DNA of 62,575 bases from Bacteroidales bacterium (GCA_007133565.1 SLMM01000051.1:1-62575), one strand, 5' to 3'. Positions 26,473-37,290 are shown, counted from the first letter of the stretch. Notes: generated by a model from the letters alone, not told the origin. Translations and numbers: made by a program.

Positions 26473-28353
26473 TTATTCTGTTTTGGATAAAACGGACCTG
26501 AAGCCGGGGATTATATTTGTAATGGCCGCCAGGATCTTCTCATTGTCATTTTCGGTAAGCAGTCCGGCAAGGGTTTCAATTTTAGCGGCAACGTCTTTGG
26601 CTGCACGCCTTTTTTCAATTGCCACACTAATTTTGGGGTTGTCGGTGGGTGTAAGGTCCTCATGCTCGAAGATGGCCTCTTCATTGATCTTTTCGCCTGC
26701 CCTCAACCCTGTGAATTTGATCTCTATATCCCTGCCCGGCCTCAGTCCCGCAAGCCTGATCATTTTCCTTGCCAGGTCATAAATCTTTATCGAAGGGCCC
26801 ATGTCGAAAATGAATATTTCACCACCTTTTGACATCGCTCCTGCCTCAAGAATGAGCTGGGCGGCAATGGTGCCGGTCATGAAATATCTGCTCACCTCCG
26901 GATGCGTGATCGTAACCGGTCCGCCATTCTCGATCTGTTTCCTGAAACGGGGAATGACCGAGCCGTTGGATCCCAGCACGTTCCCGAAGCGGACAATCGA
27001 AAAACGTGTATCCGATCCGTTTTGGATGTCCAGGAGGCAAAGTTCGGCGATTCTTTTTGATGCACCGGCTACATTAGCAGGGTTAACGGCCTTGTCGGTT
27101 GAAACAAAGATAAACCTTGAACATCCGTTATCACTGGCCAGTCTGGCCAGCAGCCTTGTAGCACATATATTTGTCCGCAATGCCTCGGCTGGATTGTTCT
27201 CCATCATGGGCAGGTGCTTGTAGGCGGCCGCGTGAAAAACCGTGTCGGGCTTGTAATGATTGAACAAATCGGTCATCCTGACGCTATCGGCTACATTCCC
27301 GGCAACTATCCTGAGCCTTTTCTCATCGATATGCTGGCGGAGCATCATTTCGATCTCATAAAGCGGCGATTCTGCCTGGTCTACGAGAATTAGCAACGCG
27401 GGGTTATAGGTAATAACCTGCCTGACTATTTCGCTGCCTGTTGATCCTGCAGCACCGGTAACGAGAATAACCCTGCCGGATATCAGCTTTTTTATCAGTT
27501 CATCGTTAACGGGCACCGGGGTGCGCTCAAGCAGGTCGTCAATATTCACCGACTTTATCTGGTTAAAAGCCAGCTTTGATGATATCCAGTTTGAGATATA
27601 GGGCACTGAAAGTATCTTCATATTAAAGTCAAGGCACGCATCGACTATCTCTATCTTCCTTTTGGGTGACGGTGGCTGCTTTGAGAAGATAAGTGAATGT
27701 GCAGATGAACCCTGCAAAAAATTTCTCAGTAACCTGACATCATGTACATTGACCCCCTCTATCTTTTTACCTGCGATATGTTCCTTTTCGTCCATAAAAC
27801 TTATTACCCTGAAATCATGGCCCATTTCCCTTTCAAGGGTGTGCTTGACCACAAGCCCGGCCTGATCGGTGCCATAGATGACCACTCCCTTCCGGTCATC
27901 GGCTTTGTTTAAAAGATCATAATAGGTGCTCTTCATGAACATACGCAGCACGGTAAGGCTGAAAAGCAGCAGCAGGAAGTCTGTAAGAAGCACTGACATG
28001 GGGAAGATCAGCATGCCCCCTGTTACCGCAAATGAGAGAAGGTTTAATGCAAAGAAAACCCCTGTGCCGGCAGCCACGGCATAAAGTATCCTTGCTGTAT
28101 CCTTTGAGCCCGTATACCTTATGAGGCCTGCGAATGTCCTGAATACAATAAAACCCGCACCCCTGACAATTACAACGAGCGGAAATACCAGTGAAAACCT
28201 GGAGCTCCACTCGGCAGGTATAGAGAGATTGAACCTCAGCATGTAGGCAATGCCCATCGAGGCGATTCCCAATACCAGGTCAAGGAAGAAAACCATCCAC
28301 CTTGGAGTATGCCTTCCCTCTTCAAATTTATTCAGGTGGTGTTCTTCAGTCAT
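26473..28353 (-). CDS. membrane-bound nucleotide-sugar 4,6-dehydratase (CapD/WbpM/PglF family)
   Basis: Four N-terminal TM helices, then ILVTGAAGSTGSEIVRQV (Rossmann fold) and ..VSTDKAVNP.N..GASKR.AE.. The ATG at 28353 is preferred. The track start 28374 is a TTG that would overlap the -7 box. Confidence 0.85.
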   Translation of the reverse strand: MTEEHHLNKFEEGRHTPRWMVFFLDLVLGIASMGIAYMLRFNLSIPAEWSSRFSLVFPLVVIVRGAGFIVFRTFAGLIRYTGSKDTARILYAVAAGTGVFFALNLLSFAVTGGMLIFPMSVLLTDFLLLLFSLTVLRMFMKSTYYDLLNKADDRKGVVIYGTDQAGLVVKHTLEREMGHDFRVISFMDEKEHIAGKKIEGVNVHDVRLLRNFLQGSSAHSLIFSKQPPSPKRKIEIVDACLDFNMKILSVPYISNWISSKLAFNQIKSVNIDDLLERTPVPVNDELIKKLISGRVILVTGAAGSTGSEIVRQVITYNPALLILVDQAESPLYEIEMMLRQHIDEKRLRIVAGNVADSVRMTDLFNHYKPDTVFHAAAYKHLPMMENNPAEALRTNICATRLLARLASDNGCSRFIFVSTDKAVNPANVAGASKRIAELCLLDIQNGSDTRFSIVRFGNVLGSNGSVIPRFRKQIENGGPVTITHPEVSRYFMTGTIAAQLILEAGAMSKGGEIFIFDMGPSIKIYDLARKMIRLAGLRPGRDIEIKFTGLRAGEKINEEAIFEHEDLTPTDNPKISVAIEKRRAAKDVAAKIETLAGLLTENDNEKILAAITNIIPGFRSVLSKTE

Positions 28354-28371
28354 TTCGCGGGCCTTGTTATG

Positions 28372-28379
28372 CAAAAATA
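28372..28379 (-). promoter_or_regulatory. candidate -7 box (TATTTTTG on the minus strand)
   Basis: The + strand reads CAAAAATA, 18 nt upstream of the minus-strand ATG at 28353. Confidence 0.4.
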
Positions 28380-28450
28380 ACTAAAAATTGATGCAGCGAA
28401 ATCATTTTTCGAAAGTCTTTAACATACAGGAAATTTTAAAAACCAGTATT

Positions 28451-29167
28451 ATGACAAGCAAGGGAATATTTACGCTGTTTGCCATTGTGATCATGGCTAT
28501 ATCAGCAGGCAAAACATTTGCACAAAGGGACCTGCCCGTTGAAGAACGGAAGGTTGAACATTTCAACAGGATTTCCGTGGCGGTGCCCGGGAATGTTTAC
28601 CTGGTACAGGGGCCTGAATACAGGGTTATTGCAGAGGGTACCGACAGGGTGCTGGAGAACCTGATAACCGAGGTAAAAGATGGCCGGCTTTTAATCCGTA
28701 CTCCTTCACGCTGGAGATTCAGGAGGACCGATGAACTGAACGTATATATCACCATGCCCGAACTCGAGGGGATAACCCTTTCGGGGAGTGCGACTGTGCG
28801 CGTCGAAGAGCCATTGCAGGCTCAAAAGCTTTCGGTTATTATAAGCGGAAGCGGCAGGGTTTATATTGCCGAATTGGACGCGGGGGAACTTGATGTAACG
28901 GTTTCAGGCTCGGGGAGGCTTAATATTGGAAGCGGGCAGAAGCTTGAGAGGTCAAAGATTGTCATCAGCGGGTCCGGCCGGATAGAGGCTGCAGATCTGC
29001 CGGTTGGCATGATGGAGGCCCTGATCAGCGGATCCGGGTCATGCCGGGTTCACGTACTGTCTGACCTCAATGTGCGTATTTCGGGCAGCGGCAGGATTAT
29101 TTACTCGGGCAACCCTGTCATTGACGCACGTATTTCGGGGTCGGGGCGGGTGGTTAATGCCCGCTGA
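28451..29167 (+). CDS. DUF2807 / head GIN domain-containing protein (putative beta-helical surface protein)
   Basis: Signal peptide MTSKGIFTLFAIVIMAISAGKTFAQ, then repeated ..SGSG.. rungs (ISGSGRV, VSGSGRL, ISGSGRI, ISGSGSC, ISGSGRI, ISGSGRV). The ATG at 28451 is preferred over the track start. Confidence 0.7.
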   Translation: MTSKGIFTLFAIVIMAISAGKTFAQRDLPVEERKVEHFNRISVAVPGNVYLVQGPEYRVIAEGTDRVLENLITEVKDGRLLIRTPSRWRFRRTDELNVYITMPELEGITLSGSATVRVEEPLQAQKLSVIISGSGRVYIAELDAGELDVTVSGSGRLNIGSGQKLERSKIVISGSGRIEAADLPVGMMEALISGSGSCRVHVLSDLNVRISGSGRIIYSGNPVIDARISGSGRVVNAR

Positions 29168-29170
29168 AGA

Positions 29171-29731
29171 CTAACGTATTTTTATTATCTCCCCGTCCTC
29201 TCCGAACTTGATAATGTCGGAGGGGGCGGACTGCCTTGTATCATCCTGACGATGCAGCACTATGTAATCGACGGCTTTCTTGATCCGGCTGTCGATTTTG
29301 CTGAAGCTGCCAGGGGGGGGGCTTCCTGATATGTTTGCCGAAGTTGAGACGATAGGTTTGCCGAGCCTTGTTATAAGCTCCCTGCAGAATTCATCCCTGA
29401 CTACCCTGATGCCTATTGTCTGATCATGTCCTATCAGAGCCGGGGCAAGGTTTTTCGCATCCTGGAAGATAATGCTGAGGGGCCTTTCTGCTGCTTCAAT
29501 GAAATTGAATGCGATATCGGGCACCTCCCTGACAAAATTATGTATATTGGATGCATCGTCTATAAGGATAAGCATTTGCCTGGTATCTTCCCGGTTCTTG
29601 ATATCAAAAACCTTCATTACTGCCCTGTTGTTGGTTGCATCGCACCCAATTCCCCATATTGTGTCGGTGGGATACAGGATTATCCCTCCCTTTTGCAATG
29701 TTTCCAGGGCATGCTCCAGATCAACGTTCAT
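29171..29731 (-). CDS. tsaC: L-threonylcarbamoyladenylate synthase (TsaC/YrdC family)
   Basis: GGIILYPTDTIWGIGCDA.N..AV.K.F.IK.R......LI...; ..PIVSTSANISG. Confidence 0.85.
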   Translation of the reverse strand: MNVDLEHALETLQKGGIILYPTDTIWGIGCDATNNRAVMKVFDIKNREDTRQMLILIDDASNIHNFVREVPDIAFNFIEAAERPLSIIFQDAKNLAPALIGHDQTIGIRVVRDEFCRELITRLGKPIVSTSANISGSPPPGSFSKIDSRIKKAVDYIVLHRQDDTRQSAPSDIIKFGEDGEIIKIR

Positions 29732-29769
29732 GATTTATGATTTATTTGTGTTACCCGGTTCAATTCTGG

Positions 29770-30588
29770 CTATACAGATACGTTGTACTCCCTCAGAGCT
29801 TCATTGAGGGATGTTTTCAGGTCGGTCGACCTTTTTCTTTTCCCTATTATAAGGGCACAGGGTACCTGGTATTCGCCGGCAGGGAACTTTTTAGGAAATG
29901 TGCCGGGAATGACCACAGAACCGGAAGGTACCACACCCTTCATTTCTTTCGGGGTGCTTCCGGTAACATCAATAATCCTGGTAGACATGGTGAGGACCAC
30001 ATTGGCTCCCAGAACAGCTTCACGCTCCACCCTGACACCTTCAACTACTATGCAGCGTGAACCTATAAAGCAATTGTCTTCTACGATGACCGGTGCCGCC
30101 TGGACAGGTTCAAGCACCCCACCGATGCCTACCCCTCCACTGAGGTGTACATTTTTCCCTATCTGGGCGCATGAACCTACGGTGGCCCATGTATCGACCA
30201 TGGTGTTCTCTCCCACCCATGCACCTATGTTAACGTACGAAGGCATCATCACAACACCCTTTGCAAGGTATGAGCCATACCTTGCAATGGCATGAGGCAC
30301 AACCCTGACTCCTGCCTTATCGTAACCTTTTTTAAGCTTCATCTTGTCATGGAACTCAAGGGGGCCGGCTTCGGAAATTTCCATTTTCCTGATTGGGAAA
30401 TAAAGTATTACGGCTTTTTTTACCCAGTTGTTCACCTTCCACTCGTTGCCGGAAGGTTCGGCTACCCTTATATCTCCCCTGTCAAGCCTGGCAATGATAG
30501 TTTCTACGGTTCCGGTTACCTCTTTACTTTTGAGCAGTTCCCTGTTGTCCCAGGCTTTTTCGATAAGCTCCCTCTCTTTGTCGTACAT
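29770..30588 (-). CDS. dapD: 2,3,4,5-tetrahydropyridine-2,6-dicarboxylate N-succinyltransferase
   Basis: N-terminal helical domain (..IEKAWDNRELLK....V..II..LD.G.IRVAEP), then left-handed beta-helix hexapeptide repeats. Confidence 0.9.
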   Translation of the reverse strand: MYDKERELIEKAWDNRELLKSKEVTGTVETIIARLDRGDIRVAEPSGNEWKVNNWVKKAVILYFPIRKMEISEAGPLEFHDKMKLKKGYDKAGVRVVPHAIARYGSYLAKGVVMMPSYVNIGAWVGENTMVDTWATVGSCAQIGKNVHLSGGVGIGGVLEPVQAAPVIVEDNCFIGSRCIVVEGVRVEREAVLGANVVLTMSTRIIDVTGSTPKEMKGVVPSGSVVIPGTFPKKFPAGEYQVPCALIIGKRKRSTDLKTSLNEALREYNVSV

Positions 30589-30610
30589 CCTAATTATTAT
30601 GAAATTTGTA

Positions 30611-30618
30611 CAAAGTTA
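30611..30618 (-). promoter_or_regulatory. candidate -7 box (TAACTTTG on the minus strand) for dapD-tsaC
   Basis: The + strand reads CAAAGTTA, 22 nt upstream of the minus-strand ATG at 30588. Confidence 0.4.
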
Positions 30619-30729
30619 AGGGAAAATGGTTAATTTAACGAGCCTTTTCGGGTTCCGGAACACCGGGGCTTAATCATCAGACCGGGAAGGAACAATTTGT
30701 TATCGCATTATTAACCATAATTAACAGAT

Positions 30730-33159
30730 ATGAAGACAATTATAAAAACAACACTTATTGGGTTGGCCATGGGAGTGGTATTCTCCTCAGTTGCGAATGC
30801 GCAGGAGAACACACATTACATGCTTCCGCCCGATGACATTCTTTCTATAGTGGATGCTCCGTCAACTCCTTCGGTAAGCTTGCATCCCCGCGGGGAAATG
30901 ATGCTTCTGCTTGACAACCCGAGCATGCCGGCTCTGGAAGAGCTGGCAAGAGAGGAGCTGCGTCTGGCAGGGATGCGTATTGACCCGGCCACCAATGGCC
31001 CCAGCAGGGCAAGGTACAATACCGGTATAAGCGTTATGGATATTGACGGCACCAATGAAAGGCGGCTGAGAGGTCTGCCCTACCCTTCAAAAATCAACAA
31101 TGTGCGATGGGCTCCCGATGGCAGCATGATAGCATTTCTTGTGACCCTTGCCGACGGGATCGAGCTTTGGTACGCCGATGTATCAAAAGCTGAAGCTTAC
31201 AGGCTGACCGGACCGGTAGTGAACGATGTTCTCGGTAATCCTTTTACCTGGCTGTCAGACAGCGAGACCATCATCTATGCTGAAGTGCCCGGCGGCAGGG
31301 GTGATGCACCTGAGCGCCCGGCAGTGCCCGACGGGCCGGTAGTGCAGGAGAGTATCGGGCGGCAGGCGCCTGCAAGGACGTTCCAGGACCTTCTGGGTGA
31401 CCGTTATGATGAGGAACTTTTTGAGTATTATGCCACTTCGCAGCTTGTCAGGATCGGCATAACGGGCAACCGCAGGCTTCTTGGCGATCCGGCATTATTC
31501 CGGACCATAAGTTCTTCGCCCGATGGGAACTACCTGATGGTTGCCAGCGTACAGAGGCCATTTTCCTACCTGGTCCCCCAGTCCCGTTTCCCCTATAATG
31601 TTGAGGTGTGGAATACCGACGGGCATTTGGTCAGGACTATTGCCGAAATACCTCTTATGGAGGAGATGCCGCGCGGATTCGGAGCTACATTCCCGGGCCC
31701 CCGGTCCTTTACATGGCGCAATGACGCTCCGGCAACGGTTTATTGGGTTGAAGCGCTTGACGGCGGCGACCCTTCGGTTGACGTGCCTCACCGTGATCAG
31801 CTTGTGTGGCTGTCAGCTCCATTTACCGGTGAGCCGGAGAGGGGACTTAAACTGGAGCTGCGCTACTCCGGCATCACCTGGGGCAATGATGAAATGGCTG
31901 TTGTAAATGAATTCTGGAGAAACGACCGCAGGTTGATAACCAGTTTCTTCAATCCGGAAAAGCACGACGGGAAGGATGTGATATGGGACCGTTCGATGGA
32001 GGACAGGTACGGCGATCCCGGCAGCTTTATGACGGTTATGAATGAAAACGGTTTTTCAGTGTTGCAATTCGACGACCGCGGCAGGTCATTGTACCTATCG
32101 GGAGCGGGTGCTTCACCAGAGGGCAACAGGCCGTTTGTTGATGAATTTGACATTGGCACCAGGTCAGTTTCCCGCCTTTGGCGGTCTGAGAGTCCATACT
32201 ACGAAGTGCCGGTACGCCTGCTTGACCCCGGAAGAGGCAAGCTTCTTACAAGACGCGAATCGGTCGAAGAACCGCAGAATTATTTTGTACGCGATCTGCA
32301 TTATGGGACAACCGACCAGGTAACCTTCTTCCCTGACCCGCAGCCACAACTGAGGGATGTGTCAAGAGAGGTAATTCATTATGAGAGGGAGGATGGTGTC
32401 AGCCTTACTGCAGAGCTGTTCCTTCCCGCCGGTTATGATCCGGATACTGACGGTCCGTTACCTGCCATTTTATGGGCCTATCCTCGTGAATTCAGGAGCG
32501 CTGACGCCGCAGGCCAGGTTACGGGTTCGCCGTATACATTTACAAGGGTGGGCAGTACATCAGTAGTGCTTTTTGTAACTCAGGGTTATGCTGTGCTGAA
32601 CAATGCCAGCTTCCCGATTGTGGGAGAGGGTGATGAAGAGCCAAACGACACTTTTGTTGAGCAGCTGGTAGCTAATGCTGAGGCTGCGGTAAACAAGATT
32701 GTCGCGATGGGAGTGGCAGACCCCGGCAGGATTGCTGTGTCAGGCCATTCATACGGCGGGTTCATGACGGCAAACCTCTTGTCGCACAGCGACCTGTTTG
32801 CTGCAGGTATTGCAAGAAGCGCAGCCTTTAACAGAACAATGACTCCGTTCGGTTTTCAGGCGGAGGAGAGGACCTACTGGGAAGCCCCCGAGGTGTACTT
32901 CAGGATGTCTCCCTTTTCATATGCCCACCAGGTTACGGCGCCCACCCTGCTTATTCACGGTGCTGCCGACAACAACGCCGGTACTTTCCCGATGCAGAGC
33001 GAAAGGTACTACAATGCTCTCCAGGGCCATGGTGTGACTACACGGCTGGTGATGCTGCCATACGAATCTCACGGTTACGTGGCCAGGGAATCGGTTCTCC
33101 ACGTTTTGTGGGAGTATACCCAATGGCTTGACAGCTACGTAAAGAACAGGGAACACTGA
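30730..33159 (+). CDS. S9 family serine peptidase (beta-propeller + alpha/beta hydrolase)
   Basis: Signal peptide. The C-terminal domain has GHSYGGFMT (GxSxGG nucleophile elbow) plus downstream ..IHGAADNN.. and ..ESHGY.. for the Asp/His of the triad. Confidence 0.85.
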   Translation: MKTIIKTTLIGLAMGVVFSSVANAQENTHYMLPPDDILSIVDAPSTPSVSLHPRGEMMLLLDNPSMPALEELAREELRLAGMRIDPATNGPSRARYNTGISVMDIDGTNERRLRGLPYPSKINNVRWAPDGSMIAFLVTLADGIELWYADVSKAEAYRLTGPVVNDVLGNPFTWLSDSETIIYAEVPGGRGDAPERPAVPDGPVVQESIGRQAPARTFQDLLGDRYDEELFEYYATSQLVRIGITGNRRLLGDPALFRTISSSPDGNYLMVASVQRPFSYLVPQSRFPYNVEVWNTDGHLVRTIAEIPLMEEMPRGFGATFPGPRSFTWRNDAPATVYWVEALDGGDPSVDVPHRDQLVWLSAPFTGEPERGLKLELRYSGITWGNDEMAVVNEFWRNDRRLITSFFNPEKHDGKDVIWDRSMEDRYGDPGSFMTVMNENGFSVLQFDDRGRSLYLSGAGASPEGNRPFVDEFDIGTRSVSRLWRSESPYYEVPVRLLDPGRGKLLTRRESVEEPQNYFVRDLHYGTTDQVTFFPDPQPQLRDVSREVIHYEREDGVSLTAELFLPAGYDPDTDGPLPAILWAYPREFRSADAAGQVTGSPYTFTRVGSTSVVLFVTQGYAVLNNASFPIVGEGDEEPNDTFVEQLVANAEAAVNKIVAMGVADPGRIAVSGHSYGGFMTANLLSHSDLFAAGIARSAAFNRTMTPFGFQAEERTYWEAPEVYFRMSPFSYAHQVTAPTLLIHGAADNNAGTFPMQSERYYNALQGHGVTTRLVMLPYESHGYVARESVLHVLWEYTQWLDSYVKNREH

Positions 33160-33169
33160 CCAGTGCCCG

Positions 33170-34114
33170 ATGAAGATACCAGGGTGGCACGATGTGCTGG
33201 CGGCACATGACAGGATAGCAGAGTGGGTGCACCGTACCCCTGTGCTTACCTGCCGGGCAATCGACAGGATTGCCGGATGTGAGGTACTGTTCAAGTGTGA
33301 GAATTTCCAGAAAGCAGGGGCATTTAAGTTCAGGGGCGCCACCAATGCAGTATTTGCCATGGACAGGACTTTGGCAGGAAAGGGGGTTGCCACCCACTCC
33401 TCGGGCAACCATGCTGCTGCACTTGCCCTTGCAGCAGCCAACAGGGGAATTAAGGCGCGTATCGTGATGCCTGAAACAGCCCCCCCTGTCAAGAAAAAAG
33501 CTGTATCGGACTACGGTGGTGAGATCACCTTATGTGCCCCCACCCTTGAGGCTCGTGAGAAGACTCTCGAAGAGGTGGTGGCGCGGACAGGTGCCACATT
33601 TGTCCATCCCTACAACAATTTTGATGTGATAAGCGGACAGGCAACAGCGGCAAAGGAACTTATCGAAGAGGCCGGCAGGCTGGATATAGTGATGGTTCCG
33701 GTGGGGGGAGGGGGACTTCTGAGCGGGACGGCCATCACAGTTAAAAATATGAGTAACGGAACCCTGGTCATAGCAGCTGAGCCGGAAAATGCCGATGATG
33801 CGTTCCGGTCATTCAGGATCGGAGTCCTCCAGCCGGCATTGCCGCCAAATACAGTGGCTGACGGACTTCTGACAGCTCTGGGGCCGTTGACATTCCGGAT
33901 TGTGAAGGAGTATGTTGATGACATAATATGCGCTTCCGAACAGGGAATAATAGATGCAATGCGCCTGGTATGGGAAAGAATGAAGATTATCATTGAACCC
34001 TCATCTGCTGTGCCGTTGGCAGTTATGCTTGCCAACAGGGAGCTTTTTGCTGGCAGGCGAACGGGAATAATACTTTCTGGGGGTAATGCCGATCTTGACA
34101 ACCTTCCCTTCTGA
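33170..34114 (+). CDS. PLP-dependent serine/threonine dehydratase family enzyme (serine racemase-like)
   Basis: FKCENFQKAGAFKFRGATNAV (PLP lysine), HSSGNHAAALA, and GGGGLLSG (phosphate-binding loop). Confidence 0.8.
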   Translation: MKIPGWHDVLAAHDRIAEWVHRTPVLTCRAIDRIAGCEVLFKCENFQKAGAFKFRGATNAVFAMDRTLAGKGVATHSSGNHAAALALAAANRGIKARIVMPETAPPVKKKAVSDYGGEITLCAPTLEAREKTLEEVVARTGATFVHPYNNFDVISGQATAAKELIEEAGRLDIVMVPVGGGGLLSGTAITVKNMSNGTLVIAAEPENADDAFRSFRIGVLQPALPPNTVADGLLTALGPLTFRIVKEYVDDIICASEQGIIDAMRLVWERMKIIIEPSSAVPLAVMLANRELFAGRRTGIILSGGNADLDNLPF

Positions 34115-34124
34115 CCGGCTGTTA

Positions 34125-35321
34125 TTATTCCTGCTGAGGCACTGACATGTCGCTTCTGAAAGAAAACTCACATTTAAGAGGGTAATGGTCTGATAGTTCG
34201 ATGCGCGGCGAGTCAAAATAGAAAGATTCAAGGTCCCTGCTGTGGAGTATGTAGTCTATCCTGAAAAGAGGGATCTTTGCAACGTAGGTGTTACCTATGC
34301 CGCTTCCGGAACGGACAAAAGCATCTTCAAGCCCCTGCCTGCGCAGTATCCTGTAGGTGTAGGACACCGGTGTGTCGTTGAAGTCGCCTGTCACAATTAC
34401 CGGGTGGGGAGATTCTGCAATATGGCCGGCAATTATCTCCACCTGTCTCGAGCGCCGTACAAAAGCCGTCTTGAGTCTTGCCCCGATATCCATAAGTCCC
34501 TCAATATTGCTCCGGCGGTCATGTTTCCCCAGACTGTCAAGGAAATTAAAGTTATCCTGGGTGAACTGGACTGACTGCAGGTGGTTGTTGAACACCCGTA
34601 TGGTATCATTGTTAATGGCTATATCGGTATATATACTTATGTTGCTGCTGTTTGTGAATTGGATAACGCCTTTGTTTACAATGGGGTATCTGCTGAACGT
34701 GGCGATCCCGAAGTTGAAGTCGGCATTATTGGAGCTTGAATATGCAATATGGCTGTACCTGTTATGAAGCCTCCTGTAATCTCTCGAATGGTTAAACGGG
34801 TCATCTGTGCTGTAAAAATACTCCTGTATGCACATCACATCCGGATCTTCGCCCAGTAGAAAATTGTATATCTGTTGCTTTACGGTTTCGTCGTCTATCC
34901 ACCGGTAGAGGTTGAACAGCCTCACATTATAAGAGAGGAAGGTGAATGAATTTTTCGGGTTTGCGGGTTGCTTCTGGGAGAACCTCAACTGAAAGGTGTT
35001 CCCGAGATGGTTGAATCCGACCAGTATTGCAATCAGCGACCAGAGCAGAAGCAGCCTTCTTTTAAGGGCCCAGTAAAAGGCAAAGAAAATATTGGCAAAA
35101 AGAAAGAACGGATATGCAAGGCCGAAAAAGGAAAGTAGCCAAAAATCCTGTGGACTGACAATGGCTGAGAGGTAGGACAGCAACAGCAGTATCACAAAAA
35201 TGATGTTAACCAGCAGAATGGTGTTGTGAAACAGCACTTTCATCCATAGAGAGATGGCTGACCACATGCTGCTGCTGCGGGTTATCTTCTTCTTTTTTAT
35301 CGGCCTGTTATTATTCATCAT
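34125..35321 (-). CDS. membrane-anchored endonuclease/exonuclease/phosphatase (EEP) family protein
   Basis: Three or four N-terminal TM helices, then FLSYNVRLFN...MCIQE...TGDFN...DYIL...SDHYPL, which are EEP catalytic motifs. Confidence 0.7.
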   Translation of the reverse strand: MMNNNRPIKKKKITRSSSMWSAISLWMKVLFHNTILLVNIIFVILLLLSYLSAIVSPQDFWLLSFFGLAYPFFLFANIFFAFYWALKRRLLLLWSLIAILVGFNHLGNTFQLRFSQKQPANPKNSFTFLSYNVRLFNLYRWIDDETVKQQIYNFLLGEDPDVMCIQEYFYSTDDPFNHSRDYRRLHNRYSHIAYSSSNNADFNFGIATFSRYPIVNKGVIQFTNSSNISIYTDIAINNDTIRVFNNHLQSVQFTQDNFNFLDSLGKHDRRSNIEGLMDIGARLKTAFVRRSRQVEIIAGHIAESPHPVIVTGDFNDTPVSYTYRILRRQGLEDAFVRSGSGIGNTYVAKIPLFRIDYILHSRDLESFYFDSPRIELSDHYPLKCEFSFRSDMSVPQQE

Positions 35322-35384
35322 ACTGTATTGGAAGCCTGACTTGCATTCCTTCCATCTGCCTGCTGAAGTTTGTTTCTACAAGGG

Positions 35385-36269
35385 TTATTTGTTGCTTACC
35401 CTGAACAGTATTTCCTTTTCTTCTTTGGAAAGGCTGTCGTAGCCTGATTTTGATATCTTATCAAGTATGTCGTCTATCTGCTGCTGCCTTTGTGCTTTTT
35501 GCCTGTTGTATTCATAATCGGTTTGCGGCTTACGGTATTCGACCGTTAGCTTCCTGCCTGGCTTGAGCCACGACGATATTTTGAAAAACATGATATTTAG
35601 GCCTCTTGTGAGATCTTTGCCTTTGCGGTATTGCCTTATAAAAAACCAGCCGAAAAGGGCTCCTCCGAGATGTGCTATATGGCCGCCTGCATTGCTGCCT
35701 GCAATGCTTATAAGGTCAAGCACTATCATAAAAGCTGCAATATACTTTAGCCTCACCGGCCCGATGAATATCAGGTTGATAGTGTAGTTGGGCACATAGA
35801 CCGATATGGATATCACCACTGCGAGCACCGCAGCCGATGCACCAAGTGCGCGCGACACTGGAAGCACCTGCGCGAATGCGGGAAAGAGATTGAAGGCGAG
35901 GATATAAAGTGCAGCTCCTGCCAGCCCTCCAAGGATATATACTCCAAGAAGCTTGTTCTCGTCAAGGTATTCGAGGAATATCCTGCCAAACCAGTACAGC
36001 CAGAGAATATTGAACAATATATGAAGGAAGCCTTCATGGAGGAACATGTAGGTGAAGACTGTCCATGGTCTTGAAAGGAGGCCGTCAATACTTGCCGGCA
36101 CAGCCAGCCAGTCTATCAGGAAAAAAGTTCCTGCCTGTCCGGCGCTGAAAAGAAAGAATACAACCTGCACCAGCTTAACTGCAACAAACACTGCAAGGTT
36201 GATGTAGATAAGCTTTGTCAGCATGCTACCCTTCTGGAATGAAGCTTTTATCTCGTCAGCTATACTCAT
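35385..36269 (-). CDS. rhomboid family intramembrane serine protease
   Basis: ..FLHEGFLHILFNI..; GASAAV (catalytic Ser); AHLGGALFG (catalytic His). The ATG at 36269 is preferred. The track start 36311 is a TTG. Confidence 0.85.
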   Translation of the reverse strand: MSIADEIKASFQKGSMLTKLIYINLAVFVAVKLVQVVFFLFSAGQAGTFFLIDWLAVPASIDGLLSRPWTVFTYMFLHEGFLHILFNILWLYWFGRIFLEYLDENKLLGVYILGGLAGAALYILAFNLFPAFAQVLPVSRALGASAAVLAVVISISVYVPNYTINLIFIGPVRLKYIAAFMIVLDLISIAGSNAGGHIAHLGGALFGWFFIRQYRKGKDLTRGLNIMFFKISSWLKPGRKLTVEYRKPQTDYEYNRQKAQRQQQIDDILDKISKSGYDSLSKEEKEILFRVSNK

Positions 36270-36342
36270 TTTGGATTCTGCAGTTTTATCCTGGTCCGGT
36301 GTTGAAGCCAAAGACTGATGTTGGGTTTATTATGAAACCGGA

Positions 36343-37155
36343 TCAGTAAAAGTTTCTTGTGGTCTTCTGCCAGTATTTTATAAGTAAAAACCCGAATATC
36401 ATTCCGCCCAGATGCGCAAAATGGGCAATATTGCTGCCCGGCCTTGTTAATCCCAGATAAAGTTCAATACAACCGTAGGCTATAACAAAGTATTTGGCCT
36501 TGATCGGTATAGGGGGGAAAAGGAGCATCAGCCTGGTGTTTGGGAAAAGCATCCCGAATGCGAGCAAAACACCGAAAACAGCTCCCGATGCACCTACTGT
36601 CGGTATGTTCATCCTTTGCCTGACGCTGTTATCAACCATGGTAACTGCCTGCGATATGTAGGATGAATTGTTGGGATCATATGACCAGCTGGTTATAAAG
36701 TCGTACACCTGCCGGTTGGGCCTTGAGATGTAGTCGCTTATAAAAGCCTGGAACAACTCAGGCGACGGAGTGTTTGCAAATGCTTTTGCGGCATTTGCCA
36801 TCGACGATATCTCGATAAAATTAACAAAGGTGTGAAGAGCCGCCGCACCCAGTCCGGTTACGAAATAGTAAACCAGGAATCGTTTGCTTCCCCATACTGT
36901 TTCAAGCACCCTGCCGAACATCCACAATGCAAACATGTTAAAGAACAAATGCGCCAGTCCGCCATGCATAAACATGTGGGTGATGATCTGATACGGCCTG
37001 AAATGTTCCGATTCAATATAGTAGAGGCCAAGCACACGGGTGAGTTGTACGTCAAAGGTGCTGCTCATGACAAAATCGGCAAGCAGCATCATTATGTTTA
37101 TAATGAGAAGGTTTTTAACTACCAGAGGTATCCCGCCGTATCGTCCTAGCATCAT
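36343..37155 (-). CDS. rhomboid family intramembrane serine protease
   Basis: ..HMFMHGGLAHLFFNMF..; GASGAVFG; AHLGGMIFG. Confidence 0.85.
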   Translation of the reverse strand: MMLGRYGGIPLVVKNLLIINIMMLLADFVMSSTFDVQLTRVLGLYYIESEHFRPYQIITHMFMHGGLAHLFFNMFALWMFGRVLETVWGSKRFLVYYFVTGLGAAALHTFVNFIEISSMANAAKAFANTPSPELFQAFISDYISRPNRQVYDFITSWSYDPNNSSYISQAVTMVDNSVRQRMNIPTVGASGAVFGVLLAFGMLFPNTRLMLLFPPIPIKAKYFVIAYGCIELYLGLTRPGSNIAHFAHLGGMIFGFLLIKYWQKTTRNFY

Positions 37156-37290
37156 ATTCCTGTCGTTTTGTAATAATCCCTCCTGCCGGAGGCGGTTGTG
37201 ATATCCTGACAGGGGCTTGTTATTCCTGCCGGCTTGTAAAAGTAATAAATGGTAATTAATTATTTCAAATTTGCCGGTAATTTAAGCGTT